Source of the DNA: Raja brachyura
Lineage: Eukaryota
Length of the DNA stretch: 64,000 nucleotides
Assembly (NCBI GenBank): GCA_963514005.1
Contig: OY740813.1
Span: 13,950,001 to 14,014,000, forward strand
Direction of reading: 5' to 3'
The notes below the pieces were generated by a model that was not told where the DNA came from, did not search any database, and saw only the letters and a program-made list of their open reading frames with translations. A program made the translations under genes and the position numbers. Positions 45,401-59,395 of the stretch are shown here, piece after piece (the first letter of the stretch is position 1; each line of letters starts with the position of its first letter).

Positions 45401-48400
45401 GTTCTACTTTGCTGTGTGTATATTTAACTAATCTTTCATTGAAGGGGTCTTGTATGTTAAACAATTACAGTACAAATGACGTTGGTGTTCACAGGAAAGA
45501 TACATTTTCATGCAATCACAACTTGACCTTGCATGCAACTATTGTTACCATATTTATATTTTAAAGCTTGTTTTTGTCAAATGTATTTTCTATGTATGCT
45601 TATGCAAGTATTGATTACACAACTTGAATTTAGCATTGGAATAATGGTCAGGCATTGGACAGCGTTCTGTGTGTGGTTTCTCCACATGAATGAAGCTTTT
45701 TTTTTTAAGTTGGAAAACATCTCCAGTTTGGGCATTGCCTTTCTATCCTATATTTGCCCTTCCTTTCCTCCAAAGACACAAAATATGATGTAGATTAAAT
45801 GCTGAACATTACCGTAGAACTATTCAGTTTGCACATTGGCCTCAGTAGCGTGGCCAGGTTATCACACTGTTAAGCAAATCAAAGTATGAATAAAGCAAAG
45901 CAAATCATATTATTAGGAGCATCCTATTTTCTACGGCTTCAGATTTCTCCGTTCCTAATTCCCTGTGGGCAGGGTCTTCATAGATCTATTAAAATATGTA
46001 GACATCGGGCAGTGACTAAGTGGAACACCTCATTATGATGTCTTCTCCTTGGGAATAGGGTGTAGTCGTGGCATTTAGGTTCATTCCAGTTAACTGATTG
46101 TTGATCAAACATCGGGAGGTTTAATCATAAAATAATTGACATTCTCAAGTACCTCGCAATGACCATTAATATTTGCCAACATTTTTGTCTTTTCATGTCC
46201 CATATCATCTTCAAATGAAGGCTTCGCATGGCACAAGGAGTTCTTCCTATTTACAGGTGCCTTTTTCCTGAGATGCTGCAGTTGTGAAGTAATCTAAGAT
46301 TAAAATGTACAGGGAGTGAAAAAAACACGAAGAAACAATGAGACTACAGATATTTGGTTTTGCAAAGTCTTTCTAAACTTAATCACAAAGGGAATGAACA
46401 ATACAAGACTAATTCAGGATACTGGTGGATTATGAATTGGCTACATATTAATAGTAGTTGGAATGGTAGCTATATTATTAGGAGCATCCTACTTTCAAAG
46501 GCTTCAGATTTCTCTGTCCCCAATTCCCAGTGGGCAGGGTCTCATGGATCTATGAAAATTGGGAAATTTGTCATTGCTGCCTGATAAGTGATTGTAGTTA
46601 GAAAAGCTTGGCAGTATGTTGTAGTCTCGTCCTTGGGTAGGTAACTTCTCTTGGATATTTACAAGTGGATGTATACTTAAAAGGTTAATACTCTCTTGAG
46701 CAAATAATCTAAGTGAGTTGTGCGATAATAGTAGATGGTGAAATGTGTTGAGTTTCTGCACCGAACAAGCATCCTGCTGATTGACACTGCCACTGAGAAT
46801 ACGATTGAATGCAGAAAACAATCCATATTAAATGATCCAGATGAATAGTACTGTTGTAAAAGTACAGTTCAGCACCCTTTTAATGCATAAACTGTGCTTT
46901 TCTAGATGTTTTCTGTGAGCAACTTGAGGAGCAAAACTTATTTGACTGTGTCCTATCAATGCACTAAATCTATTGCATCTGCAGATATGCCTGTTGTTTA
47001 CGCAGCCAAAGCAATATTAACTAACTTTGTCAATGTAAAGGCAGCTACTCTGTTTAACTCTGCACACTTTGAAATATATGAAGTTTTATGCCTTCAGAAG
47101 ATTTCAAAAACAGATCTCTGGGAACGCAGAGTACTGAGAAGTCATCTCATTCAGCAGATGAAAAAAAAAACATCTTTGTCGAATCCGATTTGGAATCCAA
47201 TTCACTGAATGTTTATGACCAACCTTGGAGCAATGGTGCATATACCAGCAAAGGCAGAATTAGGTATTTGTGGTATCATATATTTTCTTTGTGGTATTGG
47301 AATAATCTATTGATCTTCCTGTAATACTACACTTAGATATATGAATGCCATCAAACGTATAATCTTTTTGGTCTTCTGATTACTTCTAATGGTTTTCGTG
47401 GGTATTTTACAGCATGTGTAATTCCATCCAAATGGACTCATTTGATTGTAGCTTATGTTTCCATAAATGCTCATGTCTAAAAGGATTTGGTCAGAATGAC
47501 ATTGTACCTGGTTAAATGTCAGTAACCAGGTGAAAGAGACAATCAAAAACTTCACATACGTTTTTGTAAGATGATCTGCCCTAGAATTTGAAGGCGTCAC
47601 ATTTTATCCTCTAAGTTAATGTAGGCTATGATATCTTGGTTTAGGGAGGCACATGGTGAGAACATACAAACTTCCATTTCTTTTGTTTAGGACTCGTACC
47701 TGCAGGAAGAGCGCGTTGTGGTGTTTTCATAGGACAGGGAAAATGTCTATTTTGATTTAAGACCAGAGAAATGTCAAGGCTTCCCTTGAATAATTGCTCC
47801 TTGGGCAAGGCAGTGGAATTGTTCCTTATCGAACAGAGTCATTGGTAATGAGAAGGCAATTTGTTTTTTTCTGTAAATGTGAGTATATCATGTCAAATCA
47901 TAACTCTGTTGGCAGCTACCAGGCTGTGATCCCATTTGTTGACGTGATGGTTAGGAACTTGGAACTCATTTATGATTTCCTGATTCATTTAATTTTTGTC
48001 CGTTGTCTCCGTTATTTACAGAAAACAGGTAATTGGGTGTGATTTTATTACTGTAATGTGGCCTGCTGGTGCTGTGGATCCAAGTTTTCCCTTTATTGCT
48101 CCCAGCAGTATCACTACCTAGTCAGATGCTGAATAGACTAAGGCACTCTTTAACACTCCCAGCTTCATGCCCAGCCTTTCCTGCTTCCATATGACCTTGA
48201 AATTATGGTGGCAAGGAATCCTTGTGAGTCTTGGGTGTCTGTACATTAGAAGCTAGCTTGAGTACAAGTCAGATCAGCAGAACAAAATGGTTAATAGTAC
48301 AGATCCATACCATTGCATGAATGTCCAAGAACTTAAAACTTTTACGCTTCAGTGTTTTCATCTCCAGGCCTCAATCAGTCATTTTTAGATTTTATTTTGA

Positions 48401-48959
48401 TGAGACTGGATAAAATAGGTTTGTGGTATGCTATTTTATGTTGTCACTGCTGAAGCTTAAACAGAAGCACCTGTTAGCATGCATGTGGCTAGGTAGAACT
48501 GGATTATTGAAGATAAAATAGCTTAATCTTTCACATGGTTCCCCGGTTGATATCTGTTACATTAATGCTGCATCAGCAATTGTATTTCACCGAAGTGTAG
48601 TTTTTCACTGACACTGAAGGCGGTCATGGTGTCCTTTTTGAAATTGAAGCCTGTCTAAGACTACTCAACTTCAATATCTTCTCTGGTAATATTAGGAGGG
48701 CTTTCTTCAGCCACTGACTGAAGGAAAGTAACAATCATGGTTCTTTCATTGAACCGCTGAACAATTCAATCCTGGACATCAAGTCATCTAAGACCAGGAG
48801 AGATGGACAGCCTGGTTAGCACAAAGTCAAACGACAGTCAAGGGTGGATTTCCGGTAGGTGTGTTTTGAGCATTGAAGTGGGAATATTGCTGAGACACTT
48901 TAGTCTCTTCTGGATGGTATGCTTTTAATTATTAGTTTATAAATTTTGTCCCACCCAAA

Positions 48960-51430
48960 TTTATTTACTATCTGCCAAGGGAATTCACTGCAGCTATCCT
49001 ACCTGCAGTCTACATGCCAGCGCAGACCAATGCTAATCTTGGGGAATTACACACTGCCACCAATCACCGTGAAATGAAGTGCCCGACTTCAAGCCAACCT
49101 CTTTGGCGTGCTACCAAAATATTATCAGCATGGCTCCCGCCCAACCTGAGGCCCAAGCACCCATAAGCCCTGCTATCAAAAACTCATTCTGCTCCATTCC
49201 CATGTTGCACTTTGATAAATATGATTACCTGGCTATGCTTCTACTTCCTGCTTACAAGCAAAAACTGAAGGAGGAGGATCCAGTACAGAAAGTCATGCCG
49301 TACTTGTCTGAGGAAACAGATGACACACTGGATTCGTGATGCCTTTAGCTGAGGAACTGATCCATATTCAAGAAATCTGCAGCTAACCTAGATGAATAAT
49401 ATGCCACTTGTGTCACAGAATTGATCAAGTGCGTAGAGCACTATGTACCAATCAATGTGTTCCCTAACTGGGAACCATGGATGAACCACTCCCAGGTGAC
49501 GTCCAAGTCGACAGCATTCAGGTCAAACGATCCCAAGCTATACAATAAATCTTTGAATGTCCGCAGAACTATTAAGAAGGTCAAGAGCGAATTCTGGTCT
49601 AAACTCAAGTCCCGAGGCAATGACATGGATCCCCATAGAATGTGGCAAGACTTGCCTGTCATGGACTTCAAAGCGAAGGAAACTGTAACATTGGCAACAA
49701 TTGGTATCTCCCTGAAGAAATTAATGCTTTGTACACCCTGTTAGAATAGAGGATCATTGGTGGAATGCACCTGCCTTGCCATTCTCGGGTGCACCCGTAC
49801 CAATGGTTAGTGAGGCAGATGTAAAATCGACCTTCCTCAGATTGAATCTGTGGTAAGCAACTGGTTCACATGGATTCCTGGCATCTTTAAAACCGCTCAC
49901 TACTCCATTATCATGCCAATGAAAAGTAAAGTGACATGTCTTAATGACTATCATTCAGTGGCTCTGACATCTTCCATCATAAGTGTTTTGAGAGACTGAT
50001 GATGGTGCACATTAACTCCAGCCTCTCAGCAAGCCTTGATCCCCTGCAATTGGCTTAGCATTGCAACAGGTCCACAGCCGATGTTATCCCCATTGCCCTA
50101 TACTCATCTCTGGAACACCTAGACAACAAGGACTCCAATGTTAAACTCATTTATCAACTGCAGCTCTTCCTTCAACACCATAATTCCATCCAAACTCCTG
50201 GACTGATTAATCTGCTACACCCTCTGCCTCCGTATGCTCGACTTCCTGACCCACAGACCAAAATCAATGAGTGTGGGAGCCATTCATGTTACTTTTAGCA
50301 TATTATATTTTGTCTAGATATTTCTAGCAGTATTATTTTGAACACTTGGGGGCGGTTCTTGATGCTTTGTAGGACGTTACATATAGCGTAGCCAGGGAGT
50401 GACTAGATCAGACCAGTCACAGGAGATGGAGAGTACACAGTTCTTGCCTGAGGAGAAAAAACAAAGTTACAGCTTGTATGAGAATAAGGAGTACCTGGTG
50501 GTAACCCCTTCTCCACGATAACTCTCAACACCAATACCTCGCTAGGTTGTGTCCTCGTTCCCCTTCTATACTCCCTGTACACTCGTGACTAAACGAACAA
50601 ATTCAGCTCTAATTCCATCTCCAAGTTTATGGACGATACTGCTGTGGTCGGTTGAATCACGATCAATGGCGAGATGCAGTATAGGAAGGAAATAAAAGAA
50701 CTTTAGTGACTTGGTATCAGGGCAATAATCTTTCTTTCAAAGTCAGCAAGACAAAGGAGCTAATTATTGACATCAGGAAGCATGTTGGAGTTCATGCCCC
50801 AGTCAGCATCAATAGTGTGGATGCGGAAATAGTTGAGAACTTTTTGAGGTTGAGAACTTTTTTGGTGTTAATATCATCCATGATCTGACATGGATTAACC
50901 ACTGAAGAGACTGAGGAAATTCGATATCTCTCCCAGGACTGTTACAAACTTCTACAGAGACACCATAACAGGCATAACGTAACAAGGTTTAGGAATACCT
51001 TTGCCTAAGACCACAAAAACGGTAAAGAGTTGTGGATGTAGACATCTCACAGACTAGATTTTCCATCATTGATGGAACCACGTTGGCCATTCCTTCTCTT
51101 TGCTCCTATACTGCAGAAGGTACAGAAGCTTTAAAGTACACTACCAGACTCGGGAACTGATTTTTCCCCATTTGCTGTCAATCTTATGGATGGTCCTTCC
51201 ATAAGCTAGGGTACTGTTCTATTTGCCTGTACCTCGTGGTAAATGAGACATTTGGACTTTGTCTATGGAACTAATGTGCTGCAATGCCGAGAACAATATT
51301 TTGTACTCGTTCTATCTATTGTACTTGAGTTTGAGCATTGTATCCATACGGTATATCTGATCTATTTGACTAACATGCAGAACAAGGCTTTTCACTGTAC
51401 CTTGGTACATGACAATAAACCAAAACCTAA
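48960..51430 (+). mobile_element. Old degenerate Rex1/Babar LINE (EN to RT to 3' end)
   Basis: YLPREFTAAIL, DYLAMLLLPAYKQKLK, WEPWMN, RMWQDL, ALTSSI..KCFERL, KVSKTKELIIDIRK; many frameshifts. Confidence 0.8.
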
Positions 51431-54400
51431 ATGTTTCCACATTGGAACATAGTAATTAAACAAATGAAGGAGGAAATTACTCCACTTCTATTTGTGTTGG
51501 CATCACACATTTTGTATATTGGCAATTAGGCTGCATTTAAATGTTTATTTTTCATTAACAACGTGTCAATAATTTATGTGTTCACACTATATTTGTGGCA
51601 AATTGTTACTGACAAGAAATTTTGCCTTCATACTCTTAATTGATCCAGATAACCTTTTTAATTTTTGGTTCTGAGATTAAAAATGAGCAAGTGACAAGTG
51701 AAACAGCCAGCTTCAGACCGAACCTGGCAGCCATCTGTAAATAGATTCACGAGGCATCTTTATTTCTGAATCGGATACTGAGAAAATTGCTGATTGGGGT
51801 TGATGTCAAACAGTGACATTTGGTCTAACGAGGTGCATGTTTTTGAAGCTTTACTCCAGGTTGCATGTTAACCCACTGAGAGATTTTTATTTTCCCTGGT
51901 GCTGATGTATGTTCCTCGTGCAGGGAAGGCTTTTTTGTCACACTTTGCTGATACTAAACCAACTGTAAACTTTTTGAAATGGAAATGAAATATCGAGACT
52001 GACGAGTACTGTAATTGAGGTAACTGGATGGATGCCCCACTGATATTCTTCAACTTCAAATCGTTTTGTACGAGGGGAAAGATGAGTTTATCAGCAGAGT
52101 ATTTAAGGTTGTGATGGAAGCTGCTGCACAAAGCTGAATATTGGAAGAATCAAATGTAATTTTTGAAGTGGAGGCCAGTTGGAACCCTGTGGATGTTTAA
52201 TGCAGGATAGAAAAAACTGTTATTTCCGATGATGTTTGTGGATGACTTGAAATTTCAATTCCTTTTAGTCTTCCTATCCCGCCTAGCCTTTTCTCATCTC
52301 TTTCAGCAATCGCTCTCTCTCAAAATATTGAAGCTAGAATAATGGAAAATCCAACAAAATGATGCAGGTGAGGGGATTGAGTGACAAGGGAGCAGTTGAA
52401 CTGAGGAGTAGAAAGGATGGCGGAACCAAGTTGCCAGGATTAATGTGTAGGAAAGAACTGCAGATGCCGGTTTAAATCAAAGTAGACACAAAATGCCGGA
52501 GTAACTGAGTAACAGGCAGCATCTTTGGAGAGAAGGGAATGGATGACGTTTTGGTCGAGACCAAGAAAAGTACTCCAGCATTTTGTGTCTTGCCAGGGTT
52601 GATGCCTCACTCGATAGTACTAACTTAACAATTCCCTCTGGTCTAAAACCTTTTAAATGTTTTCAATCGCACCACCAAATCCTGCTAGCTGAGTGGTTTC
52701 TTTGGCTACTATTTATAGATGCTATATAAATGCAAGTTATTGACTTGAATCCTGTCCTTATCTCTTTAGTCTTCCTCTGACTATCTTTGGGGAAAGTATC
52801 ATATATTAAAAGTAGTTTATTTCTTGCGTGCACTGGTCTAAGCATACTTCAGTTTTGGAACACCATATTTAAGAATTCCTGATCAAGGCTATGATATTTG
52901 AAAAATCTGATGAGAAATGTTACACTGTTCAAACTGTCTGAAAATACTTTTGATAAGTTACGATAAGAAATTGCAACTGATTTTAGTTTATGAATTTTTC
53001 TGTTGTGTGTTACATGTTTGGGGTTAGGGTTACAATCCAGGGTCAAGTCATATACAGAATCAAAAATATGTTTTCCCAATGACTGCTTCAATGTCAAAGG
53101 TCCTGTTATTGCATTGCTAATTCGGAATATTCTAATGGACTTCAATAATCCCCTGACAATCTTGAGCAAGAATGTGCTGGGCAAACGGGAGTTATAGCAC
53201 TGAAAATATATTTGCTGAAAACATTTTTTTGGTGCCTGATGGAGTAAAAGTAATGGGTTTACATATGTGCTGCACATGGTTGGGTGAAGAGAGAAATGTA
53301 TTTTCAGTGTGAGCTTGGTTTAGAGGGAATTATTGTGGCACTTTCACATTGAGGTTTAATGTATCCAAGTGTTCCTTGTTTAAAGTATGTTACCAATTCC
53401 CTCGTATTTAGTGCTCTTCCTGGCTGCTGTTTAAGATGTATTGTTTCAGATAAAATTGATAATTTGTAAAATAATAGGAGAGAAGGAAAAATGTAATGCT
53501 TGGGGATACTGCTGATAGGAGAAAGTGAAAAAGGTGAATGAAATATTTTCCTGCACTGTACCACATTGTGGGTTGTACCTTGGTTTCTCTCGCAGTAAGT
53601 TGTTGAATTTCTTCCATAAAATACCCAGTGTAGGACAAACGCTTACCGGTTCATGGGGAAGGTATAGACTAAAAGGAGAGTCCATTCTAAAACAGCCTGC
53701 CACTCGGGAGCTGGCTGTGAAGAATATGTAGAAAATCTCTCAGCAAGTTCTAGTCCCATCCGCTAAGGAGAACTCGAGTGAGAAATCTGTAGGAGAAAAT
53801 ATTTTTGTGTCCAAGGCTTAAAATATTTCTTGTCCTTGTAGTTCAAAAAATTGTTTTACAATGTACATAATCTCTCTTCTCCAAGTTCTCATTGACTAAA
53901 CTTCAATAGTGTGACATCCAATTAAGTGTTTGGATTTCATAGTTAATTCCTGTTGCACTTAATTTTATTTTGCAATGGGCCGATGTTCTTATTGTTCTCT
54001 GCTACCCAAGGCAGTATTTTTCTGATTCCTTCAGTCTGGTGAAAGATTACTTAAACACTGGTTAGCAATGTTTTGATCTGGTTGCTGATCCATTGCTGCT
54101 TTTGTTCATTTGCAGAGAATGGTATAATAAAGGCAGTTTATTCATGTCTCTGCCAACTGCAGGCATTTCCTGAATGAATTATTTAATCTGCTCTGTAACA
54201 TCAAGGTTCAGAAAATCTCCACCTGCCCTGTTGCTTTTTCTCCAACAACATCAGCATGGGCTGGCAGCAAAAATTATGTACAATTTCAACCTGCAGAAAT
54301 ATTTTGCTTGCATTGCATTGTGTATTGCCCAGTTTGGCGTACAGATAAACTTCAGCTTATATTTATATCAGTCACGTGCCTTGTAAGCTGATACATTAGT

Positions 54401-55369
54401 TACGTAGTTACTCACTGGGACATGTTCCTGTTTATTACTGCTGTCTTCAAGCGACGAGTCGGGCAGATAAATTTCTGTTTGGAGAAGTGAAGACCCAGTG
54501 AGAAATGTTCTTGAAATACAACTTAGTTGTCAGTTGATCATTCATTTATTGGTTGAAGGTTGCCTGATATTCTGGTGGTCATTCAGAGGTAGTGTATCAA
54601 GTGTCTGTCTAAGATAATGAAATGTTTACTGTTGTATCGCAAACTTGTATTTTACATGCAATATAATTACATTTTAGAATTACCTTGTTTTCAGTGCAAG
54701 ATTGAGTGTAATATTGCAAGCTAATGGTTGTTGATTGGTGTATATTGATAGCTTGTGTGTTGATAGTTTGTAGATAATTATTGACTCTAATATAGTTATT
54801 TTGCCAATATGTGACTTGACAAATGCAGATTGTATCCTTAAACTGTGGTCGGGTGCTAAAGTGTAGACTGGCACCTGCTGATATTTTGTTTGATTGCTGT
54901 ACCTGTTATGACTAGGGCATATGGTCTGAAGAAGGGTCTCGACCCAAAACGTCACCCATTCCTTCTCTCCAGATATATTGCCTGTCCCGCTGAGTTAGTC
55001 CAGCTTTTGGTGTCAATCTCAGGGCATATGGTGGGTTGTGAAAAAAATCTTGTTAATTCAAGCAGCCATTTCCATTTACTCCAAACTAACTTTAACGATT
55101 TGCCTTGGGATTATAGGTTCTGTCAAATAATTTCCCTAATAGTGTATAATTATCATAATTATATAATTAAATTATGTATTTCACCAAAACTGTGCATTAG
55201 AACAATGGAGAATATTTAAGGTACGTGTAGATCTGTACACTGTGTTAGTATTATAAATGGATAACAGTGTGAAAGAATAATAAATTATCACTTTGATCTT
55301 TTAGTATCAGTGACATGAGATGTATAAAACCGACTAAACTACAGTTTATTTCCCACCTTAATTTTTGTG

Positions 55370-56100
55370 TGTGGTGGGGCAGGAACACCATGCGTTGGTG
55401 GGGAATATTACATTTTCTTTAAGGATGGTTTGAGAAGATCTATGAATTCTATCCACCAGATAATCCCTTGAAGTCAAGGAGCACAGAATAGATTGCCTGG
55501 TTTGCCAGCCTGTTGGGCATGTGAACAATGTAGCATCTTGGGAGCTGATTGAAATAGTGCTGGAGAAGCCAGTATCTCTCCAGAGCTTTGAGGTGCCTAC
55601 TTCGTTAATTCTTGTGTCGGAAGCAACGATCATTGCTGCACTATGAACCATGTTCTTTCTGTCAGGCTTAAAGTCCTGATCATTTTTCCTCGGGCAGGCA
55701 AAGTGATGATGGTTAGCTTCCTATCTTCCAGGATCTTGTTGTGGACATTTATTGACCGAGGCAATGACGGCTTGATAGAGGACCTTTTTGCACATTGTCC
55801 TGTTCTTCAGTCAATGATGTGCGACATGGCCTCCAAATGTCTGCAAATGGAGCTGTTGTCTGCTTCAGTTTGATTGCTGAGTAGGGGTGGTCTTGGTTTT
55901 GGGATAGAGACTATGTACATTAAACGGTTTCCCCGTTGTCCTATAGATTGTCTCCACTTGGTCTGCAATAACAGGACAGTATTCACTTGGGGTTGTCCAT
56001 AAGGGACTTGATGTTCCGAGTCCTGAACTTCATTTGGAGGAGTGCAAGTTGACTGGGTGTGGCATCCTTTAATCTGATATGGCCACCACCCAGCCATGCC
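55370..56100 (-). mobile_element. Ancient RTE-like remnant
   Basis: Minus strand has a KFRTRNIKSLMDNP-like EN start and a degenerate RTE 3' segment. Confidence 0.4.
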
Positions 56101-57527
56101 AGCTATATCATGATCTTGGAAAAAGCAAGATCATGATCGTGAATATGCATTGCTTCTAATAAAAATATTTATTTTTAAAAAATCATGATTTGGAGATGAG
56201 GGTGACTGGAGAGTTGTCTCTATTTCATGAGTGTTAACACCCACACATAAAATGGGCATTGTTTAATGGTGAAAATATTCCCGCTCTGTAGGTTGCCATG
56301 TTATGTACTCTCAGCTTGGAGGATTTTGCTGTAAATATCATTACACTTAACTCTTTCAAAATAGTACAAAGATCAATTTCCACCTGCTTAGAACTATTTG
56401 TATACTTAATATTCTCCTCCAGTATAGTGGCTAATAGATTATGAGGAACTGAAAGCACCATATTCCACCACACAACCTTGTTTGCGTTATGTAGTTGAAT
56501 AGGTTGGCCTCCTTGCTTTAGAATGTAAGATGCCTGACTACCTGGACCTGAAGGAGGGCCATATGCAGGAAAGGCTAAAGCCTTGCTAGGAGTGTGAATT
56601 CCTCACAATCTTTCCTGCTTTCTGTTATCCTGGTTCTACCTGAATTGTCATTGTCCTGAGAACAGTTTACTGTGCTATTTATTAAAGAGCATTATTGAAC
56701 GTGAATATCTGCTTTGGGGTGATGTTCCAAAGTGGAAAATCTGTGGCCAAACTGAAGAGCATTTGCCCCATTGCACATATGATTGGAAAATGTATGATTC
56801 TCACAGTTACCTAAGAAAGATTAGCATGCTACATTTGGCACTGTGCTGTCAGGGTATTACTGACCATTTTAAATCTGACTAATGAGATTAGTTGCATCAT
56901 TTCCAGGGTCACCTTACTGTGTACATTCCTTTGAGTCATACTATTGGAATGAACATTTGGCTCTGTGGCTGATAAGACCTCAACCAAAAATGCCACCTTG
57001 TCCTGCACCAAATTTAATTGTTGGATAGAGTTAATGATTTTGGCTTGCCAAATTTGACATTATTTGCATACTTCCATGTATGTCTGTGTGTTCAATGTTG
57101 CTCCTTCCAAGTCAAACCCCTTGCTGTCTTGGGAACATGCCAACATTTTCCTGAAAGAGGTTGCACAATTTTCTGCGAAATGGTGAAATATTGTTGAACT
57201 TTGTGGGACTAATAATACTGCAGGTTTTCAACTTGTGTACCTATGCGATGCAGGGTAGGTGTTCACAAACTCAAGTACTAGTAGGCTCCCTATGATAAAT
57301 TAGCCACTGGTGTGCATGCATTTAAAAGATCAACTTTCTAATATTAAGAATTTAGAGATAAATATTGAAGTGATTCACACATGGTACACCCAACATAGCT
57401 TGGTCCTCTCCACCAGTGAGATTGTAAAATACTTTTGGGCACAGACATTGTGGGCCAAAGGGGCTGTTCGTGTTCTGTATGTCGCAGAACTCCACCAGTG
57501 GTATCCTGGCTGAAGCTCCATGTTGTG

Positions 57528-58182
57528 GATTCAATTCAATTCAACTTTAATGTCATTGCACAGATACAAGTATGGGTACAACGAAATGCAGTTTAGCGTC
57601 AGTTCGTAGTAATAGCAATATAGAAATAAATACAGAATGCAGACAATGTGGACGGAGAGACTGGAGAAATCTATCGGTGGGACTCTGAGTTTAGCAGTGT
57701 GATGGTGTTGTTGTAGAAGCTGTTCCTCATCCTACTAGTGCGGGACCTGAGGCTCCTGTGCCTCGCTGATGGTAGGAGGGCAAACAGTCCATGGTTAGGG
57801 TGGGAAGGGTCTTTGATGATCTTCCCGGCCCGCCTCAGACACCGTTTTCGGTGGAGGGCATCCATGGCAGGGACCAGGGCACTGATGTACTGGGCGGTTT
57901 TCACCACCCGTTGTAGTGCCTTCCTATCTGCTACGGTGCAACTGCTGTACCATACCGTAAAGCAGGTGGTCAGGTTGCTTTCGATGGTACAGCAGTAAAA
58001 GTTGGTCAGGGTCTGGGGGGGGACAGGTGGACTTTTGTGAGCCTCCTCAGGAAGTAAAGCCGCTGCTGCGCCTTTTTGATCAGCTTGGAGGTGTTGAGGG
58101 ACCAGGACAGATCCTCCGAGATGTGTACCCTGAGGAATTTGTAGTTGGAGACCTGCTCCACCTCAGTCCCCTTTATATGGAT
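57528..58182 (-). mobile_element. Rex1 copy, 5'-truncated, same subfamily as 30059-31872
   Basis: Near-identical peptides (SNYKFL.VHISEDLSWSLNTSKLIKKAQQRLYFLRRLTK, MVKT.QYISAL) and (GAATT)n tail. Confidence 0.92.
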
Positions 58183-58489
58183 AACTTTCATGCATTAATC
58201 TTTCTTCCTCTCGTTGTCCCTCTGTCCTTTTAAGTTCACCTAGAAAGAATGCTGCCTTGAACAAGTTTTTTGGTTATCTGCTAACATCTCCTGGTCTGGG
58301 TTCTTCTGCGAAGTGCTAAGCAAGTTTTACAGTGTTAATGGTGGAAAATTGCAAGCTCTGCAAGACCCAGCTAATGCACTTAAAAACTGTACTTCAAACT
58401 CTTTTAACTCTATGATTATGTTGAAATGCTTAACCAATTGTAGGATCTTGCATAGAACAATGGGATTTAAAGTGCTAATATTTGCAGTG

Positions 58490-58932
58490 TATTAGCTTTG
58501 GCTCATTGTGAATACTCTGATTCTGTAGGTTGATTCTGAAGTTTCACCCAGAGTTGGGCACAATATCCAGACAGGCTCTGCTGGTGCAGTGATAGAACTG
58601 CTTTGCTATTGGAGGTGATGACGTTCATCTGTTTGATCTCTCGTATAAAGAGATCAAACAGATTCCAATGCTCATCAGGTGAATTTTTAAAATCTCATGG
58701 CATCATTATGAAGAGGATATAGGCTCATTATCCTGAATATGCTGGCCAATATTTCTTTCAATTAATTAAAATAAATTACTTAGTCGTAGATCAATGCTTA
58801 TGGATTCAAGCTGTGTTCAATGTTGCTATTTCTTACATTTGCAACAGGGACTATACTTAAGATAGCACTTCAATGATTTTTTAATTGCTTAGAAGAATCT
58901 TAAGTCCTGAGCAGCACCATGAATGCAAGTTT
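58490..58932 (+). mobile_element. Ancient Deu-domain SINE (SacSINE/AmnSINE-like)
   Basis: TCAGGTGAA..TAAAATCTCATGGCATCATTATGAAGAG...CTGGCCAATATTT...TTACATTTGCAACAGGGACTATACTT...AATGCAAGT resembles the Deu core and L2-like tail. Confidence 0.65.
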
Positions 58933-59103
58933 GAGCCTTATAAAGTGAGTTAATTTTGTATCAGCATTAAGATTTTTAAATATGTAGCGCTTGCAATGCA
59001 GTCTTAATGTCGCGTAACATTCCCCAAGTAGGAATTGATCTGGGGCAGTAGACGTTTGTAGGGATGGGGGGAGATGTCATGATTTTCAATAGACGCATCA
59101 TCT

Positions 59104-59395
59104 AGGGTGGCGCAGTGATAGAGTTGCTGCCATACAGTGGCAGGGACCCAGGTTCGATCCTGACTGCGAGTGCTGGCTGTACGGAGTTTGTACATTCTCC
59201 CCATGATCTGCATGGATTTTCTCCTGGATCTCTGGTTTTCTCCCGCAGCCCAAAGACATACAGGTTTGTAGATTAATTGGCTTAGTAGAATTATAAATTG
59301 TCCCTAGAGTGTGATTGTGTTGGTGAGCAGAGATTGCTGGTCGACATGGATTTGGTGGGCCTGTTTCCGTGCTATATCTCTAAACTAAACTAAAT
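59104..59395 (+). mobile_element. Full-length HE1-like V-SINE
   Basis: TGGCGCAGTG, GGTTCGATCC, V-domain and (CTAAA)n tail. Confidence 0.88.

Noticed and set aside
56108-56137. Small hairpin TCATGATCTTG-GAAAAAG-CAAGATCATGA
   Set aside because: The stem is short and AT-rich, lies at a TE boundary, and has no other supporting signal.
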